Source of the DNA: Azolla caroliniana
Lineage: Eukaryota; Plantae; Polypodiophyta
DNA length: 64,000 nt
NCBI GenBank assembly: GCA_043228905.1
Contig: JBHGNT010000010.1
Coordinates: 8,370,001-8,434,000 of the forward strand
Direction of reading: 5' to 3'
Part shown: piece after piece, positions 1 to 12,279 of the stretch
How positions within the stretch are numbered: the stretch's first letter is position 1
Layout of the letters: every line of letters begins with the position of its first letter
Position numbers and translations under genes: made by a program
Notes under the pieces: generated by a model
Told to the model about the DNA's origin: nothing
Seen by the model: only the letters and a program-made list of their open reading frames with translations
Database searches by the model: none

Positions 1-3000
1 AGAAGATGATATTTCTTATTTCGAATCCAAAGGGGAAGTTATTGTCTTTGGTGACATGAATGCTCGTACAAGAAGATTCCACTTGGTGAATGGACACCGG
101 AATCCGATCATAGGCCTTTATGTATTGATCTCAAATGTATGCATAGGTTTGATTGTGAGGGGATTGTGAGAAGGCTATTGAAGATAATAAACAATCGCAC
201 TTGAGCATGAACCTTAAGCGAGTGCCCATGTATTCCAAGATGGTTGAGGCTATGTTACAAATGACAAAGATACAACATGGTGCCACACTAGAATGCGAAT
301 GGGAAGCTTTCAAGAAATTCATTCTCTCTTGTACAAACAAATGTTTTTCGACCAACTACACATCTTGGAAATGCACCAAGAAACTTACGAAAAAATGGTT
401 TGATAAAGAATGTCGTGAAGCTTGAAAGTGCCTTATGGTTTTGGATGTAGTTAAGGATAAAGAGAATTACCGAAAGCATTTGCATGAGTATAAAAGGCTT
501 ATTCAAAGAAAGAGAAGAATATGGGAAGTTACTCAACAATTTATCCAAACGCAAGAGAAAGCACATACATGTCTTAAATGTTGGGGAAATCTAAAGGGGA
601 AACGTGTTAAGAGTTATGGTGACTTAACTCTTCACAACTTGTCTATGCATTATAAGAATTTATATGAGTTATCTCTTGCCAAAAAGATGATGTGGTATGG
701 TTCTCTTTCACATATGTCTCCCTGAAGATATATGCATAGAACTTAAGAAATTGGCCTCTCGGAAGGCAAGCGATCTTCAATGTATAAAGGCTGAAATGCT
801 CAAATGGACAGGAAGGGAAGCACATGTATGGATAAGCGATATGTTTAATGATGCATTGCAACATGGTATGTCGTACGATTGGACAACAAATTGGATCACA
901 CCTTTACATAAAGGTGGAGATGTAAATAATGTAAACAACTATCAAACCATCATGGTTGGCTCATCAATGGCAAAATTGTTTGGATGTATAATGGAATCAA
1001 AGATAAGTGTATGGGCTGAAAAAAATGGTAAGAGAGCTTATGGACAAGTTGGCTTTCAAAAACACCATAGCACCATTGATCACCTTGTCACCCTTCGACT
1101 ATTAATGGAGAAAAAATAGTTTGATAAAGAATGTCATGAACCTCAAAAGTGCCTTATGGTTTTGCATGTAATTAAAGATAAAGAAAATTACCAAAAGCAT
1201 TTGCGTGACTATAAAAGGCTTATCCAAAGAAAGAGACGAATATGGGAAGTTACTCAACAACTTCTCCAAATGCAATAGAAAGCACATGCATGTGCTAAAT
1301 TTTGGGGAAATCTAAAGGGGAAACATATTGAGAGTTATGGTGACTTAACTCTTCATGACTTGTCTATGCATTATAATGGTGTATTATGGTTCTCTTTCAC
1401 ATATGTCTCCCTTCTTTACAATTGAAGATATATGCATAGGACTTAAGAAATTGGCCTCTTGAAAGGCAAGCGATCTTCAATGTATAAAAGGTGAAATGCT
1501 CAAATGGACAGGAAAGGAAGCACATATATGGATATGCAATATGTTTAATGATGCATTGCAACATGGTATTCCATATGATTGGAGTACAAATTGGATGAAA
1601 CCTTTACATAAAGGCGGAGATGTAAATAATGTAAACAACTATCAAACCATCATGGTTGGCTCATTAATGACTATTTGCATGTATAATGGAATCAAAGATA
1701 AGTATTTGGGCAGAAAAAAATGGTAAGAGAGCTTATGGACAAGCTGGTTTTCGAAAACACCATAGCACCATTGATCATCTTGTCACTCTTCGAGTATTAA
1801 TGGATGAAAGTCGCCTTAGAGGTAAAGGTTTATATTGTTGCTTTGTAGACTTCAAGAAAGTTTTTGATATGGTACCTCATGAGCATCTTTGGAGGAGAAT
1901 GGAAGAACTTGAGGTGCCAAGTGAATATATGCTTGCAATTTCCCGAATTTATGAGAAGGTTATATGTTGCGTGTGCATGAGAGATAAACTTTCAGATTTT
2001 TTCAAAAGCACTATTGGTGTTAAGCAAGGATGCCCACTCTCACCAACACTATTTGGCCTATGCATTGATGAATTGGAAGAAATGGTTACGAAGTTTTCAA
2101 AGGAAGAATGTGTTGAAGAAGTTGTCATTGGGAATGTTGTGATTATGCTTTTGCTATATGCTGATGATGTGGTGCTTTTTGCAAATACTTGAGGAGATGC
2201 ACATAAAGCTTATGAAGGCATTGGAACAATTTTGCATGCATACTAAATTAAGTGTCAATAGCTCTAAAACAAAGATTATGCTTGTGAAGAGCCAAAAAAG
2301 AGATAAACCATGCATTATGTACAACAATGAGCCACTTGAATGTGTGAAAACCTGCAAATATCTTGGCCTTGAAGTTTCGTCAAATCATAGATGGAATGAA
2401 TGTGCTACACGCCGCTTAGAGGCTGGTAAGCCAACATACTATGCATTTGAGAACACATGCAATCTTGGAGATATTAAGTGTTGGGTCCTCAAGAAATATC
2501 TTTTCGACACTTAGGTGACACTGGTTCTTCTCTATGGGGCGGTAGCATCCCTAAATCTATGTGGAAAGAGTTTGAAAATGTCCAAAAACATTGTCTTACA
2601 AAGTTTCTACAAGTTAAGAAACAAACGCCCTACACCCTCCTCCTTGAGACGGGATCGCTTCCCATTGAGATCATGGCCATGGAAAGGGTTGTTGAATACA
2701 TGCTTAAGGTTCAAAAAAGTCCCTCACATCGACTTCCAAGAATTGCGTGGGAAGCAAGCAAAAAGATCCAAAAGACGCATAAAAGCAAAATTTTGTGTTC
2801 AAGTTGGATGCAAGATATAGAAAAATGGTTTGGTAGATGGGATGTGAGACACTTGCTTCATGATGCATCATTAGATTCCTATGTAAATGAGGCCTTTTTG
2901 CAACGCCAATGTATCATGACATGGGACAAATGTGACAGCTCACGCTTCACAGATTATACTACACATGTTGCACCTAACTACAAAACCATATTCTTTGCGG

Positions 3001-3417
3001 AATGGGGAAATCGTACACATCGATACATGTTAGAGCCCATACCGTTATCGGCCATTCGAACCATTGCTTCCATGTGACTTAGCTCACATGCATTGCAATG
3101 TGAGATAGGGCGTTGGGGCACAAGTGATGAGAGTGGTCATCTATGCACACTATGCCCTAAACAAGTTCGTGAGTCTGAGTATCACACTTTGATACAATGC
3201 TCTGCCTTTGATCATATTCGACCATGCTTTCCACATCTCTTCGATCGAGCCCAATCCTTGCATGAATTCCTCTCACAACCACAATGTGCACTCTCAATTG
3301 CAACATCCATTGGTAAAGTTCTTGAACATCAAGAGTCACTACTCACTTTCACACGTATCACATGAAATGTAATATTTTTGGTCTCATAGGTCATATTTGA
3401 CCTCCGAAGACGATAAT

Positions 3418-3453
<36 letters not shown>
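1..3453 (+). mobile_element. Degenerate non-LTR retrotransposon (LINE, RTEX-like), ORF2 with endonuclease-RT-zinc finger; runs off the 5' window edge
   Basis: APE motif GDMNART at ~50-70. RT motifs QAGFRK, FVDFKKVFD, GVKQGCPLSPTLF and LLYADD at 1686-2192. C-terminal SH.L.CE.GRW..CTLC..ESEYH..C at 3080-3365. Many stops and frameshifts; ends in a (CT)n tract. Confidence 0.9.
391..1803 (+). repeat. Tandem ~720-bp duplication inside the LINE
   Basis: aaaaatggtttgataaagaatgtc at 391 recurs at 1112; both copies encode MLKWTG.EAH.WI...PLHKGGDVNNVNNYQTIMVGS. Confidence 0.9.
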
Positions 3454-3457
<4 letters not shown>

Positions 3458-4045
3458 GTCAATTGCACATGAGTACTACTACAGCCCATATACAAGAGCA
3501 ACAACATCTGGAGAACAAGATGAGTGATAATTTGACAATGAATAGTACCTTTGTGGATGTGTGTACAAGCATTGCAGTTGTGGAAAATACAGTTGCTCTC
3601 TCAAGCTTGCCATTGGTCCAAGGAGCCCGTACATCCACCCTTGTCTCTGATGCCTCTGATGATGAAGTGCCACTTAGTAAGCTGATACCTAAAGGCTTTA
3701 AGATGAAGAAGAATGTAAAATCACAAAAGACTGGCACCAATAAAAATCGCATTACAAGATCGACGAAATTGTGAAATGGTGCCTGATTGTCTTTCTATTG
3801 AGAAGTTTGTACTTGAACTACATCTGAATTGTTCGTGATGTCTGTACTTGAACTATTTGTAACACCAAAATACTGTCTAAATTGCTAATGTGAAATGTTG
3901 TATTGACTCCAGTTCACTCATCTAGTGTTGTTAGCGTAATGTGAAATGCTATATTGCTAATTGTAGAGAATGAGAATGTTGACAATTGTCAATTGTCATG
4001 CGCCCATGATTGTGTTTATTTCAAATCAGATACTATCTCCGTCTG

Positions 4046-4300
4046 TGTATTAGGCAACATTTGACATTCATATTAGTACTAAACTAAGATGTATGTATCC
4101 CTCTAACTGAGATACTTTGGGAGACTACTATGTATTAGTGAACATTTGACATTCATATCAGTACTAAACTGACATATGTCATATCCATCTAAGTGAGAAA
4201 CGTTGGGAGACTACTATGTATTAGTGAACATTTGACATTCATATTAGTACTAAACTAAGATATATATATCCATCTAACTGAGATACGCTAGGAGACTAAA
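4046..4300. repeat. ~86-bp tandem repeat, about 3 units
   Basis: Recurring aacatttgacattcatattagtactaaact...gagactactatgtattagtg. Confidence 0.85.
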
Positions 4301-4467
4301 CTAATATGTATATTGTAATAAGTTTGGGTTGTATTGATACTTGTGAAGTATGGTCTCCTTGACTGCACATAGGAAGAGTTGAATAGAGACTTAACACAAT
4401 AAGGATTAAAAATAAAAAACTCTATAATTACTAAAAACATTTACTACTATAATTACAATAAATACGT

Positions 4468-5718
4468 TGTCGTGAAGATCCGTCACTAGGCGCGGATCGC
4501 GAGGCGGAACCGCCGGGGTTCTGGACCGGAAGGACTTGAAGTTGGCGCAAGCTTTAGCGAGAAAGTACTTAAGCTAGATTGAAAGAGAGAGAGATTAAGA
4601 TTGAACTCTTGATTTTAGATTTTAAGAAACAAGTTACACGATCAATTCAATAACGACTTTACTTCTCCTTCATAACAAAAAAAAGCCTAACCCTTCTTCT
4701 TTTTCATCCCTTCTTTTATAGATGCTCTCATGCATATGATGCATATGAGGGTACAAGACATGCATAAAATGCATGTTTGCCATTTGGCGCTCATGTATTA
4801 CATGTGGTGCATGATAACCATGTCACTCATTTTAGCTCTCATGTATGAGAATTTCTATGTAAAAGTAAATGATAGAAATATAAATTCAACTAAATGTCAT
4901 GGTTTAGTGGTAAGCCTATTGACTCTTAACTAGGAGCTGCAAGGTTCGAATCCTCACTTGCCCTCCTTGTGTATATATATGTGATATTTATTTATTAATT
5001 TGGTCGCCGAATGCCGAATGATGCCAGTTTGCCCGATGCCGGTTGCCACCGGTTACCATCGGTCGTCAGATGTTGTCATCGCCGGCCCGTCGGATGCCAC
5101 CGGTTACTGGTGGTTGCCGCCTCGCCAGTTACTGGTAGCTACCGCCGGATGTCGGTGCGCTGACGCCGGATGTCGCCGGTTACCGGTGGTTGTCGCCTCG
5201 CCAGATGCCGCCGATTATCGGTTGCCGCCAGATGTCGGTTCCACTAGCTCGCCGGCTCCGTCAGATGATGGTTCCGCAATCACCAGTTGCCAGTGTGCCA
5301 CCGTCGCTTTGCCGGCTGCGGCCGGATCACTGGCTCCATCGTCGATCCGGTTTTGGTTGGCCAAAACCTTTACAAGTAGCTAGGCCACCTCCACTCTTAG
5401 TTCAACCTTGAACTCTCTATGCTCCACACATAAACACAGAGATAATAACTTTTTCTTTACCTTATATATGATGAGAGCCGTATTTGTCATGCCTATGTGG
5501 GAGATCTCACAATTTTCTCTTTTCCTTTCACAAACTTTATACCCTCATATCTTGACATCTAGTTGTCCGTTTCTCGTGTAATAAAGTGCATTTGAAAGCT
5601 CTTGAAGACCTCCATCATTTTGTACTTAGATACTTCACTATTAATTTTTTATGTGATTCATACTCGATTTTGTACGTTTTATGTGATTTTCACACCATTG
5701 CCGAAAATCTTCACGACA
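4468..5718 (-). mobile_element. Solo LTR, copy 1, with 12-bp terminal inverted repeats and a 4-bp TSD
   Basis: Termini TGTCGTGAAGAT...ATCTTCACGACA; flanks ACGT/ATGT (CpG-decayed TSD); homologous to 45028-46056. Orientation inferred from a minus-strand TATA (CTATAAAAG, ~4713-4721). Confidence 0.8.
4893..4962 (+). ncRNA. tRNA-Lys(CTT)-derived cassette inside the solo LTR; not a canonical tRNA
   Basis: A box TGGTTTAGTGG at 4900, CTCTTAA anticodon-like loop, B box GGTTCGAATCC at 4943, with tRNA spacing; no acceptor stem. Confidence 0.65.
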
Positions 5719-6041
5719 ATGTACTATTCAGATCGATACTTGTTTTATCCTACTAGTATTGATACTTGAATAAGTTTGGCCCATGTCGATGCTACTAAGT
5801 ATTGATACTTGAATAAAGACTTCACGCAATAGGGATTAGAAACAAGCAACTCTATAATTACCATGAACACTTACAAAACAATCTCAATAATTACTAGAAA
5901 CACTTTAGAAGAAAGACGAAATATATCGATTCACTTGTCAATCATCAAAATTAATAACCCAATCTAGATACAATGTACAAATAGTGAACTACAAGAGGAT
6001 GTTTTTCAGTTGCCAACTACAATGTATTTATTGGGCAACTT

Positions 6042-9000
6042 TCAAGCATTAAATAGAGAGACCTCCCCCAATATGTGCTCATAAACCTCTTGGGGGACCT
6101 TGTAGACAGTGTTGTATCCCTTAACCTTGTGCTTTGCTTGAGGCATATTGAACTTGATCGCGATAATGGCAGCATCGTAGATTATTGCGGTGGGTGCATC
6201 TTTTAGTAATGCATATGTGTTCTTTCACTGCGGCAACTTTGCATAATAGTTTCCATACACGACAGATTCACCAACGTTGAACATGTTGCCCCAACCATCC
6301 CTCATCACCTCTTTCAAAATGTCTTTCCTTGCTTGCACACCACAATGTAGTAGTCTTCTAAATCGTCATTCTGAGGAGATTTGAGCACTTCCAAAAGATC
6401 TCCAACTTCCAATAAAACTGTCAAGTCTTCACGTTGGTTGTAGTATACAATATTGTTTGAATGTGCATCCTCTTCAATATCATCTTGTCGTTCAGGCTCA
6501 AGCTTGTGCAACTTCCAAGGCTCCACGATTGATAGGTTGATGCATTCATCCCAAGCTTCATGTATACACATGGAACAAAAGCATGATAAAGTACAGAGTA
6601 ACAATTGTGTTGTGTCCTTGCGGCTAAACCCTAATACACAATGGGTGTTGCGCGTGCCTTTGACGGTTTTACAACCATATGATTTAGTTCTATCAACCTC
6701 ATCAACACAAACCGCAACAAACAATATGTTCTTACCATCATTTGACATCTTCCATGGTAGCCACTCCACAACATCATGTCCATTTTGTAACTTAGCACCA
6801 TTACTATCCAACTGCTCATTTGTAAGAGCACGTTTGATCACAACCCCCGCACCATCATGCTCTCCTTTTCCATGTCCAGACCTGAAGTAGTTCCATTGCA
6901 TACAAATGTTGAATAGGGAGAAGTACCTGCTTTTGTATCCCAGGTTTCCAACAAACATTAGTAACAATACTCCGACAGAAACATAATTAGTATTGATGGA
7001 TTTGCACAAAATTACGTTGAAGCACAATACTATGTTGAAGAAGGAAAAGATGATTAGTATAGACTCGCGTGAATGGACAATACTATGTTGTCAATCGAGA
7101 GTAGTATACATCCATTAATACTGATTTAGTACAAATACAAAACAAAGCACGGTACAATGTATCCATGGAGAACACTCTACACCGACTAAAAGATAAATAG
7201 TACTATGTTGTCAATCAAGAGTATTTAACATCCATTAATACTGATTCAGTACGGATACGGCACAAAGCATAGTACAATGTGTTCATGGAGAACATTCTAC
7301 ATGTATTAAAAGATAATTTGTACAAACTCTTCAATATTGGACAATACTATGTTGTTGACGACGAGTACTTTACATCCATTAATACTAATTTAGTACAGAT
7401 ACAGTACAATGTGTCCATGGAGAACACTCAACATGGATTAAAAGATAATTAGTACAAACTCTTAAGAACAAACAATACTATGTTGTCAACGACGAGTACT
7501 TTACATCCTTCAATAAAGACTGATTTAGTACAGATACAACACACACCACAGTACAATGTGTCTACAGAGAACACTCTAAATGGATTAAAAGATAATAAAC
7601 ACATATTCACGTGAAATGATAGTACTATGTGATCAATCAAGAACACTTAACATGGTTACAACCATAATTAGTATGCATGCATCCGTTTGGATAGTATTGT
7701 GTTGTCTATCAAGAGTTTTTTATGTAGTTGAAAACATAAAATAGTATTGACGCACAAGGGCGGACAGAACTAAGTTAGAGGGGACATGATAGGAGAATAC
7801 CCACTTGTCTTGCAAGAATACTAAAACAGTTAGTGTGTAGAAAATTAGTACAAATGCAATAGGGAGTACCATATTATGATGTAAACTTTGAACCCAAGAA
7901 GTAGGAGAATTACTAGTTCTGATTCGCGTGAAGGATGAGCACGAAAGTATTACTTCCTTAGACATTGTATTATAAGTACTAAACATATGGATTAAAAATT
8001 ACCTGGCAATAAAGTAGAACAATCGTTTTGCCTTAAACTGTGAGGTAGCACCATCAGACCAGACCCAATGACTATTAAAGCTAAACCCGAGAGACTAAAT
8101 CTGCATGGTGAAGCTTAAAACAATGTTGAACAAATAGTGTATTATGCTTTTTATCATCTGAAATGTAAAATATTGATTTCTTATATAACTCACCATCTTA
8201 TCTCCAATAGCAAATATGTACAAGTATTGTACATTGATCATTGTACCAATGCATTGATTGAACCTCATTGTGAACTTTAAATGTATTGTTTTCTGCAAAG
8301 TCAATAACGGATACCATGACACCCGCTGGTAAGTTATTAATACATTCCTTGAACTGTAAATTTTGTCAATAACTCCGCAAATTATGTGGAATGAACTCCC
8401 CAAGTTGTTTCTTAAATTCTGAGACAAGGGTAGCAGCACATGTCTCCTTATATACTTCCTTGATACGCTTACCAACAAGTCCCTTTCCGATATTTTCAGT
8501 CACATACTCTAAATATTTCCATTTCACAATATGATTGTTTCCTACATCAAGCTTCTGTCTACAAAATAATGGTAGGGGGCAAATCTTACATGTTCTTAAA
8601 AGACATGTACGATGATGCCACTCACATGATGATTCTTTTTCACAAACACAAAACCTCCATAACTCAAAAACGGATGCATAAGTCATGTTTCCTGCATTAC
8701 ACCTATTATCCTCCCCATTTGGTCTACAAACCTCACAAGTGCAAACACATAATTCCCCGTGTATACCCTTAGAATCAACACTCATTGTATTCTCTCCAAG
8801 CCTTAACATGTCCATTTTTAAGTGGTACACATAACCACATGTATTCCTCTCATTTAATTTTCTAGCATAATATGGTTTCAAACCTTGGAACTTGCGAAAT
8901 CCAACAGTGATGCTTGAATGTTGGTCTTTAAAGTTCATGTACAATTCAGCCTACATCAGCCAACATAGAGCAAACATTAATATACACTTAGTCAAAACAA

Positions 9001-9670
9001 AAAATTATAGAATGTGAATTGATATAAAAAAATGGAATACCTCAGTCATCTCCAAGAAGTGTCTAGGGTGAATTTGGTACTTACCTCGACTTATTCGTTG
9101 TCTACACACATCCTTCTTATTTGGTGAGACACACGTATTTTTTGTCCAAAACGAATCCACTTTCTCAATAATCTCTTGAGACAAAGCATCACATCCTCCT
9201 CTACATCCTAACCCCACCCACTTGAATTGGCTTGAGTGTATATTTTGGTGATGTTTCCTTAAGTTCCTTCTTTGAATACCCAGGGCTAAGGCAACTTTAG
9301 TATCACTATATTTTTTTTCTCTCGCACCATTCACAACCATGTGTAGGGCTGCCCTCTTTGCATCAAGTTTGTCTATGCTCTCTACTCCTTTCACTAAGTC
9401 TAGGGATGACTTCATAGAATCTACAATCTCTTCTGAAACACATTGGTCCCTAAATTTTATTCTCCCCATGTCTTCATTCCAACGTTGATGGTGTAACACT
9501 CTACATATAATATCCCTACAATCCTCCTCACTAAATCTCTTCGTTATTTCTACCAAATAATAGACTATGTGAAGAACCACTCGTCTCTTGGTCCTTTCGG
9601 ATATACATGAGTTACTTGACAACTCACTGTCATTGGGGACTATCATGGTCACTAGATTTATCCAAATCAA
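6042..9670 (-). pseudogene. Intron-containing DDD transposase relic, Sola2-like
   Basis: Motifs IDFAEN..EVQSMHW, SDDKKH, WSDGATSQFK and FRSGHGKGEHDGAG..IKR, plus a Cys-rich N-terminal region. GT-AG introns at 9040-8951 and 8002-6927 restore the frame (gcc ag|g tac = A-R-Y). Several frameshifts. Confidence 0.7.
7025..7715. repeat. Degenerate ~120-150-bp tandem repeat within the transposase intron
   Basis: Repeated tactatgttgtc...catccattaatactgatttagtac...ggagaacactctac...aaaagataa. Confidence 0.8.
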
Positions 9671-10796
9671 TTAAGTGTCTTGCGAGAGTAGTTAATGTTA
9701 TATAGACTACACTAAGAAATCACAGTCAAATGTTTTTAAATGCACCCTGCAAAGTGAGAAATCATTCGTTTTCGACATTAGAAATACGTTTCAAAAATGA
9801 CAAATAATCATTTCTTTATTCACAGATTTCCGAAAATGAAAAAATTTAGTACTTAAAATGAAAAAATAGATTTCCGAAAATGAGATTAGATAGAATTCTG
9901 AAAATGTCAAAATTAAGAATAGGGGGGTGCTTACCAAATAAATCAATTATCGCTAAAGTCTCAAACAAGTATTGGAATACTTTCAAATGAGTGGAAGAAG
10001 TTACGAAGATGAATGCGGTATTGTGCCTCCAATCAGTGGACAAACCCTCAAATTGATGGAGGACGCCTCGTATTTCAGCGATAATATGCCTCAAATCAAT
10101 GGAGGAACCTCAAATCGGTGGAGGGAGCTTCGAATCTGTGTGATATTCTACCTCGATTCGGTGGAAGGATCCTCAACTCAGTGGAATAAGCCTCAAATCA
10201 CTGCGAGATGAAAATTGCAATATGTGGAAGAAGCTTGAAATCGTTCTCGAAGAAGTCACTAATGGTTGTTATAAGAGGCCTCAAATCAATCTCTAATCCT
10301 CAACTCAAACCCTAAAACATGTTTAGTGTTGAAGCACCCAAATATCTGAGATAGGGTTTATGCACTCTAACGATATACATGTGTAACAAAACTCTAAGAT
10401 GGGAGGACAACTCGAAACCGGACATGGATGTCTGAGATGAAGAGCTCAAAGAAACTCAGAGGGATAGATGGATAGGAGTTGGTTTGAGGGGAGGCGCCAA
10501 AAAACGTTCAAATCCACGTGAGGGGACAATAGCCCCCAAAATGGAAAGAACATCTCCTCACATGTTCCCCCCACTCCTTGTCTTGAATGTCACTTGTACT
10601 ACACTCACCCCACTCCCCAAAATCGATTTTTTTTTTCTCGGATTTTCTTTTTCAATTATTTAGTACTAACAGTATCGAAAGGACTGACGTTTTTGTGGCC
10701 AAAAACAATACTTTTCTAGTACACCGTAGCGTGTTGCAACCCTTGTGTACTGTCCATCTTGATTCTTTGCACCCGAACATTTGAAGTGAAGCCGGT

Positions 10797-11642
10797 TGTG
10801 GCCGGTCATGATCCTAACAGCGTTGACCATCTATTGTGATTGTCATAGTGCAATACACCTCATTCGAAATCCAGTTTATCATGCGAAGACGAAACACATT
10901 AAGGTACGCTTTCATCATATCTAGGAGCTTGTAATAGACAAGAAGCTCAAAGTTGGGAAGATCGACACCAAGGTGAACATCGTCGATTGCTTGACGAAGC
11001 CACTCCCAGAACAACACTTCGGAGCACTAAGGACAATGATGGGACTACGACAAGGGACCGAGCAAAAGAATGTTGAACGAGGATCAGAACATAAGTCGAA
11101 GACTGGCCCCATCAAACGAGCCGAAAGGGCAAAGTATATAGAATCGGAATGCCAAGAGGCTAAAGAGGCAGCACTGAGCAAGGATGCCGACTAGAGAAGA
11201 GACAATCGAAGGGCGAACAAACCTAAAGATAGATTGAGGATCCAGTGAAGTGCACGAAAGCCAGCACGAGCGGAAAGTAGACGATCGACCCAAGGCCGAG
11301 AGTCAGAATCAAACAAGCTTACCGACTCAAACAACTAGCCGAATCAGGCTAGATCCCGACTGTACCTCTACCAATTCAGCCATATGCCCACCAGCTTGTA
11401 ATTATAACTTTAGATTAAAATTGTAATCTAGGTTTACGAGGGAGATACCCCATATCATTGTATGTAGAAAGAGTAGTCCTTTTACATGAGATTTTGTTGG
11501 CATAAAAGGCCGAGTCCTTCTAACTTATATCCTTTGTTTGAACACGTCCTTGAGATAGGGCTTGAGTATATAAGCTCACCCTAAAATTGTAACAAATATA
11601 CTTCTAGAGTTTGAAGGTTAATGCAATACAGTCTTACTTTGA

Positions 11643-11678
<36 letters not shown>

Positions 11679-11785
11679 GTGTAACCGTGCATATCTTCAC
11701 ATGTGTTGTCTGCTAAACTCACTAACAGGTCCTCAATCTTCTTCTGTAACTTCTACATATTATCTCCATCAAGTGGTATCAGAGC
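10797..11785 (+). mobile_element. Old Ty1/Copia RNase H 3' end, then an LTR-like region and a tRNA-iMet PBS
   Basis: YCD.HSAIHLIRNPVYHAKTKHI...DCLTKPL at 10842-11010; TATA-like gtatataag at ~11566; (CT)n; PBS TGGTATCAGAGC at 11774-11785. Confidence 0.75.
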
Positions 11786-11853
11786 GACTTGCAGTCTGGC
11801 GGCAACAATAACGCAAACTTGAGAAGAGAAATGATTGAAGGAAAGAACCAAGT

Positions 11854-12279
11854 CAGCAAATTTTATTGCCATGAAGACATACATTTTGGCCTTACAAGGA
11901 TTCGAGCCCACGACGTCTTGGTCTATATGCTAGACCTTTAACCATTATAATAACATATATAATGTATAGTTATAATAAATATATTATTAGTTATTACAAG
12001 ATATTTAGAATATTCTAGAACATTCTAGGATATTCCATGATTATATTAAATATCTAAAATATTCTAGAATACTCTATAAGGACCTATAAATAGGTGTTTA
12101 TTCATTCATCACAATTCATTCGGTTCAACACTAGTATTTGGTAAATATTCTAGTTCTTGCTCTTGTATATTTTCCTATTATAATAAAATATAGTGATGGT
12201 TCTCTCTTTCTTTTCCTCTCTTGTTCAATCTTCTTTTGTCAAGCTAGGGCCTTGACACTTACTTCCCAAATAACATGGC
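11854..12279. mobile_element. Unclassified ~450-bp AT-rich insertion (continues at 18245-18267), LTR-fragment-like, with a tRNA-like segment
   Basis: Interrupts the host gag between two AGT triplets; TATA cctataaata at ~12083; ttctagaa repeats; minus-strand GGCTCGAATCC at ~11898-11908. Confidence 0.45.

Noticed and set aside
4893-4962. Functional tRNA-Lys gene
   Set aside because: No acceptor stem and an enlarged anticodon loop; kept only as a tRNA-derived cassette.
5000-5411. GC-rich ORFs in the solo LTR
   Set aside because: Degenerate gccgg repeats largely missing from the second copy; no protein motifs.
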